From an uncultured Bacilli bacterium (GTDB taxonomy: Bacteria; Bacillota_I; Bacilli_A; RFN20; CAG-631): a stretch of 64,000 nucleotides of DNA. Below the pieces are notes generated by a model that did not search any database, was not told the DNA's origin, and saw only the letters and a program-made list of their open reading frames with translations. This document shows positions 1 through 10,239 of the stretch, one piece after another (the stretch's first letter is position 1; every line of letters starts with the position of its first letter). The stretch spans positions 32,568 to 96,567 of the forward strand of contig CANQTM010000001.1 of assembly GCA_947626825.1 (NCBI GenBank). The letters run 5' to 3'. The translations under genes and the position numbers were made by a program.

Positions 1-1836
1 GGTCGTTTACCTGATATTGGAAACTTTTCTAATGATGAAAGTGTAAAAGGCTATAGATATTATCCAAAAGATGTATCTTCAATTGAAATGGCAAAATATT
101 TTGGCGCCGCTAATGCATTTAAAAAGTTATGTCCAGGCGTTCAAATTAATTTAGCTTTCTGTAACATTGCTGATTATCCTGGCGCTGTAAGACAATACAA
201 AGAAGGTAATGGTCATTTACCACATTTGATGTGGGGTACAGATCACTGCGTTCAAATGTTATCTTATGGTTATAACTATGATTTATCACATTATAGCGAT
301 AGTGCATATTATGATCAATATAATGACTATTTGATGACAAGATTTAATTATGGCGGATTCCAAGCTGCATTTCCAATTTCTTCAGAACCTTGGGGAATTT
401 TAACAAATGCTTCAGATTTAGTAAAATATAATCTTGTTTCATCAGTTCTTGATTCTGACACAAGTTTACCTTCATCAGATTATAAAAATTATGTAAGTGA
501 TTTTACATGGGAACGTTTTACTAATTCTATTACTCAAGCAACTGATATTGATAATCACCATGCTGGTATATCAAAAGTTGTTGAATGGTTTGTAGATTAT
601 TCATTACCTACAATTTATGAACAATTTATTAGAACAGGAACAGTTGATTTAACTTCTTCTGAAACGACAGAAAAAATTACAAGATTATTAACTTATGAAA
701 ATAATATTGCAACACAAAAACAAACAGTTTATAGATATGGATTAGTTGATGGTGGAGCGCCTCAAACAGGTAGCAATCCAGATACAGATACATATCCAAG
801 TGCTGCAGCTTGGAATGGTAGAGATAATTTTGTATTAGATAATTATTGTACATTCTGGGGAGAAGCTCCATGGGCAATTGGTACAGTTTCATCAAGAATT
901 AGTACAATTAATGAAGAAGCTGCAAATGGTGAAATTGATAGTGACACAGGCCAACCAATTTCTGAAATAACTGATAAATTTGATGTATTACCTTTTCCTA
1001 AATATGATTCAAGTAGTACTGCATATACAGGAATTGCTGTTGAAGGTATGACAGTTGGTAATCAATGTCCAATTGGAACAGAATGTACAGCAGAAAAACA
1101 ATTAGAAATGGATGTTGCAGCTTACTTTACAATGTTTATGGGTTTAGATCCTAGATCAATTGAATCAAGAAGTAATATTCATTACATATTTAATGGCGAA
1201 GATTATTATGGAGATGCTACATTCCCATTAAGTAAACATGGTTCTAGATTTGCATGGCAAATTGATGGTACTTTATCTGAAAATGATCCAGCAAGTGCTT
1301 ATGAAGATAACTGGCAATATCAAATGGCAAATTATTTTAAAGTATATAATGCATATGTAACAGATGGTAAAGAAGCAGATGTTGTAACATTTAGAAATAT
1401 TATGCCAGGTATTACAGCAGTTTTAGATAGTGTTTATGCAATTCCTGGAATTGGACTTGATGATTATGTTACTTGTTTAAATTATTATAATGAACCAGTT
1501 GACATTGCAGATGATACAGGTCAATCTACAACAGGTACAAGAGATATCTTTAATAAATGGCAAACTAGACATTCAGTATTTTCTGATATGGATGAGTTTG
1601 GTCAAAGAGCAGGTGGTATTTTAGGTACTGGACAATATGTATCAAAAGTTTTATCAAATCTTCAAGATTTAGAAACTGATATTAATACACACTCAATTGA
1701 AGCATGGGCTTATTTGGAAGAATGTGTTGATGCATATTATGGTGAAGGCTTATATAATATGGTTGAGAAAAATGATGATGGAACACTAACAGTTCTTAAC
1801 CAAAATAGAAATAGTTACCAAGGTTATAAAGAATAA
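1..1836 (+). CDS. Putative extracellular solute-binding-like lipoprotein, paralog A (5' end truncated by window start)
   Basis: Frame is open from nt 1. The first 29 codons (GRLPDIGNFSNDESVKGYRYYPKDVSSIE) align with residues ~100-130 of the downstream paralog. About 75% aa identity to the 2417..4438 product. The FxK..PGVxI...DY...V.Q motif resembles SBP family 1. Confidence 0.5.
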   Translation, partial: GRLPDIGNFSNDESVKGYRYYPKDVSSIEMAKYFGAANAFKKLCPGVQINLAFCNIADYPGAVRQYKEGNGHLPHLMWGTDHCVQMLSYGYNYDLSHYSDSAYYDQYNDYLMTRFNYGGFQAAFPISSEPWGILTNASDLVKYNLVSSVLDSDTSLPSSDYKNYVSDFTWERFTNSITQATDIDNHHAGISKVVEWFVDYSLPTIYEQFIRTGTVDLTSSETTEKITRLLTYENNIATQKQTVYRYGLVDGGAPQTGSNPDTDTYPSAAAWNGRDNFVLDNYCTFWGEAPWAIGTVSSRISTINEEAANGEIDSDTGQPISEITDKFDVLPFPKYDSSSTAYTGIAVEGMTVGNQCPIGTECTAEKQLEMDVAAYFTMFMGLDPRSIESRSNIHYIFNGEDYYGDATFPLSKHGSRFAWQIDGTLSENDPASAYEDNWQYQMANYFKVYNAYVTDGKEADVVTFRNIMPGITAVLDSVYAIPGIGLDDYVTCLNYYNEPVDIADDTGQSTTGTRDIFNKWQTRHSVFSDMDEFGQRAGGILGTGQYVSKVLSNLQDLETDINTHSIEAWAYLEECVDAYYGEGLYNMVEKNDDGTLTVLNQNRNSYQGYKE

Positions 1837-1851
1837 ATAGTAAATATTAAA

Positions 1852-1881
1852 AAGAAGGCATTCGATGTCTTCTTTTTTTTG
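1852..1881 (+). terminator. Rho-independent terminator after lipoprotein paralog A
   Basis: Hairpin gaaggcat-tcg-atgtcttc followed by a T8 run. Confidence 0.55.
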
Positions 1882-2416
1882 TTCTCATCGAAAACGTGGA
1901 ATTTGCGTGGGGCTTTCAAAAAAAACTCTTCAAAATCATGGTGCTTCAAAACAAAAGTGAGAATATAAAACTTACTTTTGTTTTTTTATCCAGATATTTT
2001 GAAAAATGTAATTTTTTAAATAGTAACTGCATTTATTAAAATACAAGTAAATTCAATATTTATTATATAAAACAGATAAAAAAAGGCAATTTATTAAATA
2101 TTTATAATTTTTTTGGACATAATATTTTTAATCAAAAATACAGTTGATTTTTATGCAAAATCAATTATTAAAAGCTATTCAAAAACGTGGGGTTTTTCAA
2201 CCCCACGTCATGAACAGCTTTTTTTGACTCCACAAAAAAATAAAGCCGAATTAGTAATGCTAAATGATTATTAATTTAAATTAAAATACAATTTTAACAA
2301 AGTTTTTAATTAGTAACTTTTTTCCATATTTATAAAGTTTTTTTCCATTGTTAGCATATTTTCTTAATGATATATTTAAAAAGAAGACGAATATTTACAT
2401 GGAGGTATTTTGCTTT

Positions 2417-4438
2417 ATGAAAAAAATATTAGCTTTAACATTATTTCCATTACTTACTATGACCATTGCTGGATGTGGAAATAAAACTAATACTGATTCT
2501 AATAATAGTGGAGATAGTAATTCGCCAGTGACAACATGGCCTGAGGAACAACAAGAAGATATTTATGGTGTTTTACCTGAAGAAGTAAAAAATGCCAATG
2601 TTTCAATTGATTTGCTTGTTTACATTGAAGGCCAACAAAAGCGTCTTCCTGATATTGGAAATTTTTCTAATGATCCTAGTAAACCAGGATATAGATATTA
2701 TCCAAAAGATGTTTCAGCTATCGAATTGTCAACATTATTTGGGGCTGCTAATGCATTTAAAAAGTTGTGTCCAGGTGTTCAAATAAATTTATCTTTTTGT
2801 AACATTGATGATTATCCTGGTGCTGTAAGACAATATAAAGAAGCTAATGGCCATTTGCCACAATTAATGTTAGGAACAGAACACGTTGTACAAATGCTTG
2901 CACAAGGATATTGCTATGATTTATCACGTTATAGTGATAGTGCATATTATGAACAATATAACGATTATTTTATTTCAAGATTTAATTATGGTGGTTTTCA
3001 AGCAGCTTTTCCTGTATCAGCAAGTCCATGGGGAATTTTAACAAATGCAACAAGTTTAGAAGATTATAATATTATTTCATCAGTTATTGATCCAAATACA
3101 AATTTACCTTCTCAAGAATATAAAAATTATATAAATGATTTTACATGGGAACGTTTTGCAAAGACAGTTAAGGATACTAACGATAGAATAAATGATTACC
3201 ATGCTGGCATATCTAAACCAGTAGAATGGTTTGTTGATTATTCATTACCATCAATTTATGATCAATTCATAAGTACAGGTACTGTTGATTTTACATCAGA
3301 AGAAGCATTGGCAAAAATCACTAGATTATTGGAATATGAAAATGAAATTGCAAATAATGCTGTTTATAAATATGGTATTGATCCATCAAGTAATATAGTT
3401 TACACAGGAAATGAAGCATATTTTAATGGTGCTGCAGGTTGGAATGGTAAAGATAATTTTGTTGTAGATCAATATTGCACATTTTGGGGTGAAGCACCAT
3501 GGTCAATTGGTGTTGTTTCTTCAAGAGTACAAACTCTTAATGAAGAATATAATGAAGGAAAAACGACACAAGAAATTACAGAAAAATTTGATGTGCTTCC
3601 TTTTCCAAAATTTGATTCAAACAGCACAGCATATACAGGAATTGCAATTGATGGATATACAATTGGAAACCAATGTCCAATAGGCACTGAATGTACTGCA
3701 CAAAAACAATTAGAAATGGATGTTGCTGCATATTTTACAATGTTTCTTACTTTAGATCCTAGAGCAATTGAATCAAGAGCAAATATTCATTATATATTTA
3801 ATGATGAAGATTATTATGGTGAAGCCTCATTCCCATTATGTAAACAAGGATCTAGATTTGAATGGCAAGATAATCCAGAAGTTTCAAAAGATGATCCAGC
3901 AAAAGATTATGCAGATAATTGGCAATATAACATGGCTAACTATTTGAAAGTATACAATACATATATAACAAATGATGAGGAACCTGATGTTGTAACATTT
4001 AGAAATATTATGCCTGGTTTAACAGCACTTTTAGATAGTGTTTATGCAATAAATGGTATAGGTGATGATTATATCACATGTCTAAATTATTATAATGAAC
4101 CAGTAGATATTGCTGACGAAACAGGACAATCATCAACAGGCACAAGAGATATTTTCAAAAGATGGCAAGAAAGATATACTACTTTTGCTGATAAAGGGCC
4201 TGATGGTCAACCATCAACAGGAGTTTTAGGCACTAGTCAATATGTATCAAATGTTTTAGCTAATCTTGAAGATTTAGAAAATGATATAAATAAAAATTCA
4301 ATTGAAGCTTGGGCATATTTACAAGAATGCGTTGATGCATATTATGGAGAAGGTAATTACAAAATTATTGGAAAAGATTCCGATGGTAAAATTGTTGTCT
4401 TAAATGAGGCAAGAAATAATTATAAAGGACATAGATAA
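2417..4438 (+). CDS. Putative solute-binding-like lipoprotein, paralog B
   Basis: GGAGGT RBS lies 8 nt before the ATG at 2417. Signal peptide with lipobox LLTMTIAGC. Full-length paralog of 1..1836. Confidence 0.55.
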   Translation: MKKILALTLFPLLTMTIAGCGNKTNTDSNNSGDSNSPVTTWPEEQQEDIYGVLPEEVKNANVSIDLLVYIEGQQKRLPDIGNFSNDPSKPGYRYYPKDVSAIELSTLFGAANAFKKLCPGVQINLSFCNIDDYPGAVRQYKEANGHLPQLMLGTEHVVQMLAQGYCYDLSRYSDSAYYEQYNDYFISRFNYGGFQAAFPVSASPWGILTNATSLEDYNIISSVIDPNTNLPSQEYKNYINDFTWERFAKTVKDTNDRINDYHAGISKPVEWFVDYSLPSIYDQFISTGTVDFTSEEALAKITRLLEYENEIANNAVYKYGIDPSSNIVYTGNEAYFNGAAGWNGKDNFVVDQYCTFWGEAPWSIGVVSSRVQTLNEEYNEGKTTQEITEKFDVLPFPKFDSNSTAYTGIAIDGYTIGNQCPIGTECTAQKQLEMDVAAYFTMFLTLDPRAIESRANIHYIFNDEDYYGEASFPLCKQGSRFEWQDNPEVSKDDPAKDYADNWQYNMANYLKVYNTYITNDEEPDVVTFRNIMPGLTALLDSVYAINGIGDDYITCLNYYNEPVDIADETGQSSTGTRDIFKRWQERYTTFADKGPDGQPSTGVLGTSQYVSNVLANLEDLENDINKNSIEAWAYLQECVDAYYGEGNYKIIGKDSDGKIVVLNEARNNYKGHR

Positions 4439-4447
4439 AATAAAGAA

Positions 4448-4476
4448 GGATAAGCAAACAAATGCTTACCCTTTTT
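4448..4476 (+). terminator. Rho-independent terminator
   Basis: ggataagca/tgcttaccc stem followed by a T run. Confidence 0.45.
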
Positions 4477-4509
4477 AATATTTGCAAAGTAAGATATAAT
4501 AATCAATGA

Positions 4510-4995
4510 TTAATTTTTGTTTTTCATATAATCAGTATCAATCATTTGATCGATTGTTACATCATCAACTTTAATTTTCAATTTAGTTTCACCAATAATA
4601 TCAATTAAATATTTATATTCGATATCTATAGTAATATTTTGATTTTCATAATTCATTGCAACACAAGTTGGATTTTTAACCACTTGGGCGTGAATTTCAT
4701 TTTTATCATTTAAAATAGTTTTTTCTTGAGTAAATGTATAAGGAATTTCATATTTGAAAGGGAATTGCATCTTGTACATTTCACAATTTGTGTCGTTGTC
4801 ATAACCATACCAAAAAAATGCATCGTATGTTCCTTCAATATATATATCTTGATTTTCTCGAGATAATTTGTAATTATGATTAATAATCCAACATCCTAAA
4901 ACTTTTGACACATCATGATTAACATTAACAGTTTTGGTTTCAAAAACATCTTTTTTTCCTTTAGCTATAATAGCTTTAGTTAAAATTTCTCTATA
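4510..4995 (-). CDS. Hypothetical protein
   Basis: ORF with ATG (MYREIL) preceded by GGTGAT. No recognisable motif. Confidence 0.4.
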   Translation of the reverse strand, partial: YREILTKAIIAKGKKDVFETKTVNVNHDVSKVLGCWIINHNYKLSRENQDIYIEGTYDAFFWYGYDNDTNCEMYKMQFPFKYEIPYTFTQEKTILNDKNEIHAQVVKNPTCVAMNYENQNITIDIEYKYLIDIIGETKLKIKVDDVTIDQMIDTDYMKNKN

Positions 4996-5050
4996 CATAC
5001 AAATCACCAATAAAAAATATGATGAAAATTTTAAAATTATTACTTAAATA

Positions 5051-5347
5051 TTATTTTTGTTTGCTTTTTAATAATTGCATCATAAGTTCTTTGTTATCTT
5101 CTATTAAACTTTTTTTCCAAAATGAAGTGGTAATACCTTTTAAATAAAATAATCGATATACATCATCCGCAGATAAATCAAATATTAGAATCATACGCAT
5201 TATTTCAATTTGTGAAAAAGGTATTTTACCACATTCTTTCTCACGATAATTTCTAACACTTATACCAATGAAAAAACTCATTTCTTTTTGAGTTAGGCAA
5301 AATGATTTTCGTAATTCTACAATATTTTTATAACCTACTGATTTCAT
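5051..5347 (-). CDS. XRE-family helix-turn-helix transcriptional regulator
   Basis: HTH signature LRKSFCLTQKEMSFFIGISVRNYREKECGK. GGAGAAC RBS before the ATG (MKSVGY). Confidence 0.6.
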   Translation of the reverse strand: MKSVGYKNIVELRKSFCLTQKEMSFFIGISVRNYREKECGKIPFSQIEIMRMILIFDLSADDVYRLFYLKGITTSFWKKSLIEDNKELMMQLLKSKQK

Positions 5348-5478
5348 TTTTTGTTCTCCTAAATTAAGTATAAACAAATATAAAAATACTTTTTGTCGAA
5401 CTTTGTTGCAAATCAATAAAATAAATAGCGGCCAAACAAATTATAATAGTAATAATTTATTTTTTCCATCTTTATTTT

Positions 5479-6297
5479 TTATAAATAATATATCATTGAA
5501 AATAGTCCTAGCAAAAACAAATATAATGAATAATATTTATATTTTTTTTCTAAATTTATTTTAAAAAAATATTTTAGTGATATTAAAGTAAATATAAAAG
5601 CTACAATCATGGCAACAATATATAAATAAATTGTGTTTTCATAAAATTGTTTTTGAAAATCATTTTCAAAAATGGATAAAAATGCCGAACCTATTGAAAT
5701 TGGTAATAGCAATAAAAAAGTAAATTCTTTGCCCTTTTGTTCATTTAATTTAGCAATTTTACTGCCAAATAAAGTTGTACCACTTCTTGAAATGCCAGGA
5801 AAAATGCTAAAAGATTGAAAAAATCCAGTAATTAATGTGTTTTTTAAACTATAATTTGATTGATTATTATTTTTAATTTTACTTGAAAGAAACAATATTA
5901 AACTTGTTATTAGAAAACCAAGGGCAACATATATGCCATTATCAAAAAAAATTTCAATAATTGGTTTAAATATAAATCCAAATATAGCTGCAGGTATTGA
6001 GGCAATTATTAAAAATATTATTGTTAAAAAATCTTTTTTAAATTCAATTTTTTTCTTAAATATAAATTGAAAAGAATTTTTTATGATTTGCTTTAATGAT
6101 TTAAAAAAGAAAATAATTAAGGCCAAAGAACTGGCTAAATGTAAATAAATAGTTAAATCTAATTGATTTATTGTTTGAATATTTAACAAATCAAATGTCA
6201 ATGCTAAATGTCCACTACTACTTATCGGTAAAATTTCAGTAATACCTTGAATAAATCCAATAATAATATATTTTAAGATCTCTAAAATTTTTTGCAT
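5479..6297 (-). CDS. uppP: Undecaprenyl-diphosphatase UppP/BacA
   Basis: Motifs GITEILPISSSGHL and PGISRSGTTL. Eight-TM profile. Confidence 0.8.
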   Translation of the reverse strand: MQKILEILKYIIIGFIQGITEILPISSSGHLALTFDLLNIQTINQLDLTIYLHLASSLALIIFFFKSLKQIIKNSFQFIFKKKIEFKKDFLTIIFLIIASIPAAIFGFIFKPIIEIFFDNGIYVALGFLITSLILFLSSKIKNNNQSNYSLKNTLITGFFQSFSIFPGISRSGTTLFGSKIAKLNEQKGKEFTFLLLLPISIGSAFLSIFENDFQKQFYENTIYLYIVAMIVAFIFTLISLKYFFKINLEKKYKYYSLYLFLLGLFSMIYYL

Positions 6298-6372
6298 AAA
6301 ATCACCTAATAAATGCTATGCAAAAAGTTAAAAAAATAATATACTTATATTAAATAAAAGGAGCAAATAATT

Positions 6373-8553
6373 ATGCCTATAAAATTTAATTCAAAAGATA
6401 ATGTTTTACATTTGTATAACAAAACAATTTCTTATTTGATTTTTATTAGTAATGATAAAGGACTGATTCATTTATATTTTGGACCAAACTTGAAAAAGTA
6501 TGATTTAGATACCTTGGTTTATCACACTATTCATTACAATTCAAAATATGTAGATGGTCAAGAAAAATTTAATAGTTTGTTTGATTTAAATGATGAGACA
6601 TCAATGATGGAGTTTCCTGATTTTGGAACAGGTGATTATCGTTCAGTTGCTGTTAAGATAAAAAATTCATATGGTGATTGTACGACAGATTTTCAATATA
6701 AGAAACACAAAATAACAAAAGGTAAAGGAAAATTAGAAGGACTTCCTTCACTTTATGGAACAGAAAATGATTTTACAACTTTGCAAATTTTCCTTCAAGA
6801 TAAAGTAAGTAAAGTAGAAGCTGTTTTGGAATATAATATCATGGAAAATTATCCAATTATTACACGTAATGTTAAATTGGTTAATAAATCATCAAATGAT
6901 ATAGTATTAAAATATTTATATTCTGCTTGTCTTGATTTTCCAACAATGGATTATAATTTCTATTATTTAACTGGTCAATATTGTAAAGAAAGAACAATAA
7001 GACATAACAAAGTTCAACCAGGTATTCAAATGATTTCTTCTTTAGAAGGAAAATCTTCGCATCACACAACACCATTTTGCGCATTGACTAGTTTAGATGC
7101 ATGTGAAGATTATGGTGATGTTTATTCTATTAATTTTATTTATTCTGGCAATTTTGAAATACGTGTTGAAACAAGTCCTTGTGATTCAACAAGATTGCTT
7201 GTTGGTATTAATCCTGAAACTTTTGAATATTGTTTAACACCTTACGAATCTTTCCAATCACCAGAAGCAGTTTTACTTTATACAAATAAAGGTTTAGGTG
7301 AAATGACAAGAATATATCATAAAGTATTCAATAATCATTTAATTAGTAAAAGATGGCAAACAACAAAAAGGCCATTACTTTTGAATTCTTGGGAAGGATG
7401 TATTTTTGATTTTGATACTGAGAAATTATTAAAAATAATTGATGAATCTCACGAATTAGGTATTGAAATGTTAGTTTTAGATGATGGTTGGTTTGGTAAA
7501 AGAAATAGCGATACTTCATCACTAGGAGATTGGTATGTTAATAAAGATAAAGTTGATCTTCATAAAGTAATCAATCATCTTCATAAATATAATATGAAAT
7601 TTGGTTTGTGGTTTGAACCTGAAATGATTTGTCCTGATTCAGATTTATATAGAAAACATCCTAATTATGCAATAAAATCAAATAACAGATATCCTACATT
7701 AATGCGTCACCAAATGGTCTTGAATATGACTTCTAAAGAAGTGTGTGATAATGTTTATCAGCAAATTTCTAAAATGTTAGATGAATATGAAATTGATTAT
7801 ATTAAATGGGATCATAATCGTTCCATTACTGAAGCATATAGTAAAGAATTAGGTTATAAACATATGGGTGAATTTTATCATCGTTTTATTTTAGGAACAT
7901 ATAGCATTTTAGAAAAAATTAACACAAATTATCCTAATGTTTTGATTGAATCATGTTGTGGTGGCGGTGGTCGTTATGATGCTGGTATGTTATATTATGG
8001 TCCTCAAGTTTGGACTAGTGATGAAACAGATGCCATTGCACGTCTTACAATTCAAGAAGGAACAAGTTTTTGTTTTCCATGTTCATCAATGGGAAGCCAT
8101 GTAACTGCCAATCCAAGAACAAATTACAATACTAAAGCAAAAGTTGCCATGATGGGTACATTTGGATATGAATTGAATCCATTGACACTTAGTCAAGATA
8201 TAAAAGAAATGATAAAACAACAAATTAAAGAATATCATCAATATTATAATTTAACTCATTTTGGCAATTTATATCGACTTATTAGTCCAAGTGTTAATCC
8301 ATATAAAGCATCTTGGATGTTTGTTTCAGATAATAAAGATGAAGCTTTATTTACATATGTTGTGCCATTAAGAGGCCCTCAAAGTTTAAGTTATATCAAA
8401 CTTAAAGGCTTAGATGAAAATAAAGATTATTATTGTCCACAATTAGATAAAACATTTAATGGCAAATTTTTAATGACTTATGGTTTGAGATTAACATTTG
8501 CTTGGGTTGATACAGGACAAGCAATATCTTATTATTTTAAAGAAGTAAAATAA
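6373..8553 (+). CDS. Alpha-galactosidase, glycoside hydrolase family 36
   Basis: GH36 motifs LDDGWFG.R, KFGLWFEPEM, IDYIKWDHNR and CCGGGGRYD. AAGGAG RBS. Confidence 0.8.
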   Translation: MPIKFNSKDNVLHLYNKTISYLIFISNDKGLIHLYFGPNLKKYDLDTLVYHTIHYNSKYVDGQEKFNSLFDLNDETSMMEFPDFGTGDYRSVAVKIKNSYGDCTTDFQYKKHKITKGKGKLEGLPSLYGTENDFTTLQIFLQDKVSKVEAVLEYNIMENYPIITRNVKLVNKSSNDIVLKYLYSACLDFPTMDYNFYYLTGQYCKERTIRHNKVQPGIQMISSLEGKSSHHTTPFCALTSLDACEDYGDVYSINFIYSGNFEIRVETSPCDSTRLLVGINPETFEYCLTPYESFQSPEAVLLYTNKGLGEMTRIYHKVFNNHLISKRWQTTKRPLLLNSWEGCIFDFDTEKLLKIIDESHELGIEMLVLDDGWFGKRNSDTSSLGDWYVNKDKVDLHKVINHLHKYNMKFGLWFEPEMICPDSDLYRKHPNYAIKSNNRYPTLMRHQMVLNMTSKEVCDNVYQQISKMLDEYEIDYIKWDHNRSITEAYSKELGYKHMGEFYHRFILGTYSILEKINTNYPNVLIESCCGGGGRYDAGMLYYGPQVWTSDETDAIARLTIQEGTSFCFPCSSMGSHVTANPRTNYNTKAKVAMMGTFGYELNPLTLSQDIKEMIKQQIKEYHQYYNLTHFGNLYRLISPSVNPYKASWMFVSDNKDEALFTYVVPLRGPQSLSYIKLKGLDENKDYYCPQLDKTFNGKFLMTYGLRLTFAWVDTGQAISYYFKEVK

Positions 8554-8578
8554 AATTATCATTTAAATAATTAAAAAG

Positions 8579-8609
8579 TCGAGAACATTTTGAATTTCTC
8601 GGCTTTTTT
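8579..8609. terminator. Bidirectional terminator between the alpha-galactosidase gene and ispE
   Basis: gtcgagaa/ttctcggc hairpin flanked by A and T runs. Confidence 0.45.
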
Positions 8610-8628
8610 CAATGTATAAAATAAATAA

Positions 8629-9495
8629 TTAAAAAATTGTCTTTATTGTTTTATAAACGCCACAAATATCATAATCATTTTTATTAAATATTTGTTTTGC
8701 TTGTTTATATGGCAATGATTTTTCTGAAATAGCAAAGCATGCAGAACCAGAACCAGTTAATGAAACTATTTCAAAACCACATGAACGCATTCTTGTTAAA
8801 ATATCTAAAATATCTTTATTAAGTTTACATGCACTATCCATTAAAGAATTTGCAATATTTTTAGCAATTAATGAAAAATTGTTATTTTCTAATGCTTCTA
8901 TCAATTTATTATTATTTGAATGAGGCATATTTTTGTAATCAAGATTGTTATAAACATCTTTAGTTAAACATCCACTTTTTGGCTTAACAACAAAAATATT
9001 AGCATGAAATTTAGAATTAATTAAATCAATTTTAGTTCCTGTGTCTCTTACTCTTGCAAAACCACCATTAACCATATAAGCACCATCTGATGTTATTGAA
9101 TTTAAAAAATTTCTTTGGGCCAAATAATCCATTTTTTTCTTAAAATGATTGTTTAATATTTTTAATATAGTGGCAGCATTGCTAGAGCCACCACCAAGGC
9201 CACTACAAGCAGGTATATTCTTGATAAGTTTAATTTTAATAGAAAAATTTAAATTATAATATTTTTTAAATTTTTCAACGACTTTATAAATTAAATTATT
9301 ATGATCAGTAGGAACGTTTTCATCATTACATTCAATCATTATTTTATTATTATTATTATCGTTTAAAATATGAACATTAATGGTATCATATAAATTAATA
9401 GAACAATTAACCATATCTAATGTATGTAAATTAGTTGGTTTACTTTTATTTAATACATTTAATGATAAATTAATTTTTGCATAACTTTTTGCCAT
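8629..9495 (-). CDS. ispE: 4-diphosphocytidyl-2-C-methyl-D-erythritol kinase IspE (GHMP kinase)
   Basis: N-terminal AKINLSLNVL and GHMP motif PACSGLGGGSSNAA. Confidence 0.7.
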   Translation of the reverse strand: MAKSYAKINLSLNVLNKSKPTNLHTLDMVNCSINLYDTINVHILNDNNNNKIMIECNDENVPTDHNNLIYKVVEKFKKYYNLNFSIKIKLIKNIPACSGLGGGSSNAATILKILNNHFKKKMDYLAQRNFLNSITSDGAYMVNGGFARVRDTGTKIDLINSKFHANIFVVKPKSGCLTKDVYNNLDYKNMPHSNNNKLIEALENNNFSLIAKNIANSLMDSACKLNKDILDILTRMRSCGFEIVSLTGSGSACFAISEKSLPYKQAKQIFNKNDYDICGVYKTIKTIF

Positions 9496-9630
9496 ATAAT
9501 TTTTCTCCTTTGTAGCTATATTTTCCCTATTTTTATTATATCATTATAATAAAATATGTGATAAAATATTTTTTGCAAAGGAAACATTAATAAATAGTTT
9601 GTTCATGATTATTTATTAATAAAAGAAAAT

Positions 9631-10197
9631 ATGAACGATTATTCAATCTTATTTTTTTCTATATCAATGATAATTGTCTTTTTATATAGAATTATTTTTG
9701 GAATATTTTTACTTTGTAAGAAGAAATATATTATTGATGAAAAATATTATATAATGGTTTTTTATTGTTCTTTGGTTGCTATTTTAGTTTTATTTACTAA
9801 TTGGTGGATTGCAGGTTTAATTTTATATGCTTTATTGCCCTTTGTGCTTTTATTATATGTTTCGTTTGCACCAACTAGAAAATATTGGTTAGTTAATGGC
9901 TATGAACTTAGTGAAGCAACATTTTTAAATCAATTAATAATTGATAATCCCAAATTGAAAGATACAACTTATAGAGTTAATCATTTTCAAATTATAAAGA
10001 AAAAATCGGAACATAAAACTAAAATAGAATTCAAAAAAATTTCATTTGAAGAAAAAGAAAAAATTTTAAATGGCCTAATTCAAGTTTGTAAAGAAAGAGT
10101 CAAAAAATCAAACAAACATGAATTAATAACAATCTTTCTTTACTTAATTTTGATATTAATTTTAATTATAATTATAATTCTTACTATATTTTTATAA
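9631..10197 (+). CDS. Hypothetical membrane protein
   Basis: N- and C-terminal hydrophobic helices. Sits in the position of yybS upstream of gdpP but is not obviously related to it. Confidence 0.4.
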   Translation: MNDYSILFFSISMIIVFLYRIIFGIFLLCKKKYIIDEKYYIMVFYCSLVAILVLFTNWWIAGLILYALLPFVLLLYVSFAPTRKYWLVNGYELSEATFLNQLIIDNPKLKDTTYRVNHFQIIKKKSEHKTKIEFKKISFEEKEKILNGLIQVCKERVKKSNKHELITIFLYLILILILIIIIILTIFL

Positions 10198-10239
10198 CAA
10201 TTATTTGTTATAATAGTTTAAACAAAGGTGGGATTTTTA

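Noticed and set aside
146-340. 64-aa minus-strand ORF. The same applies to 677..895 (-), 2592..2786 (+), 3469..3687 (-) and 3489..3683 (+).
   Set aside because: These are antisense or out-of-frame ORFs fully inside the long lipoprotein genes. Their composition is low-complexity Ile/Lys/Asn-rich, typical of random frames in AT-rich DNA.
6881-7084. Short ORFs embedded in larger genes. The full set is 6881..7084 (-), 13881..14141 (+), 16591..16797 (-), 17661..17861 (-), 22092..22286 (-), 23172..23369 (-), 23918..24310 (-), 27217..27444 (+), 28244..28468 (+), 29110..29328 (+), 31147..31329 (-), 32684..32902 (-), 33590..33820 (-), 34017..34274 (-), 34724..34933 (-), 35866..36246 (-), 36520..36747 (-), 48967..49284 (+), 50532..50837 (+), 53552..53974 (+), 55791..56009 (+), 57021..57254 (+), 58187..58384 (+), 59317..59526 (-) and 59750..60022 (-).
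   Set aside because: Each lies within or antisense to a well-supported CDS with clear family motifs. None has an RBS or a conserved-looking sequence.
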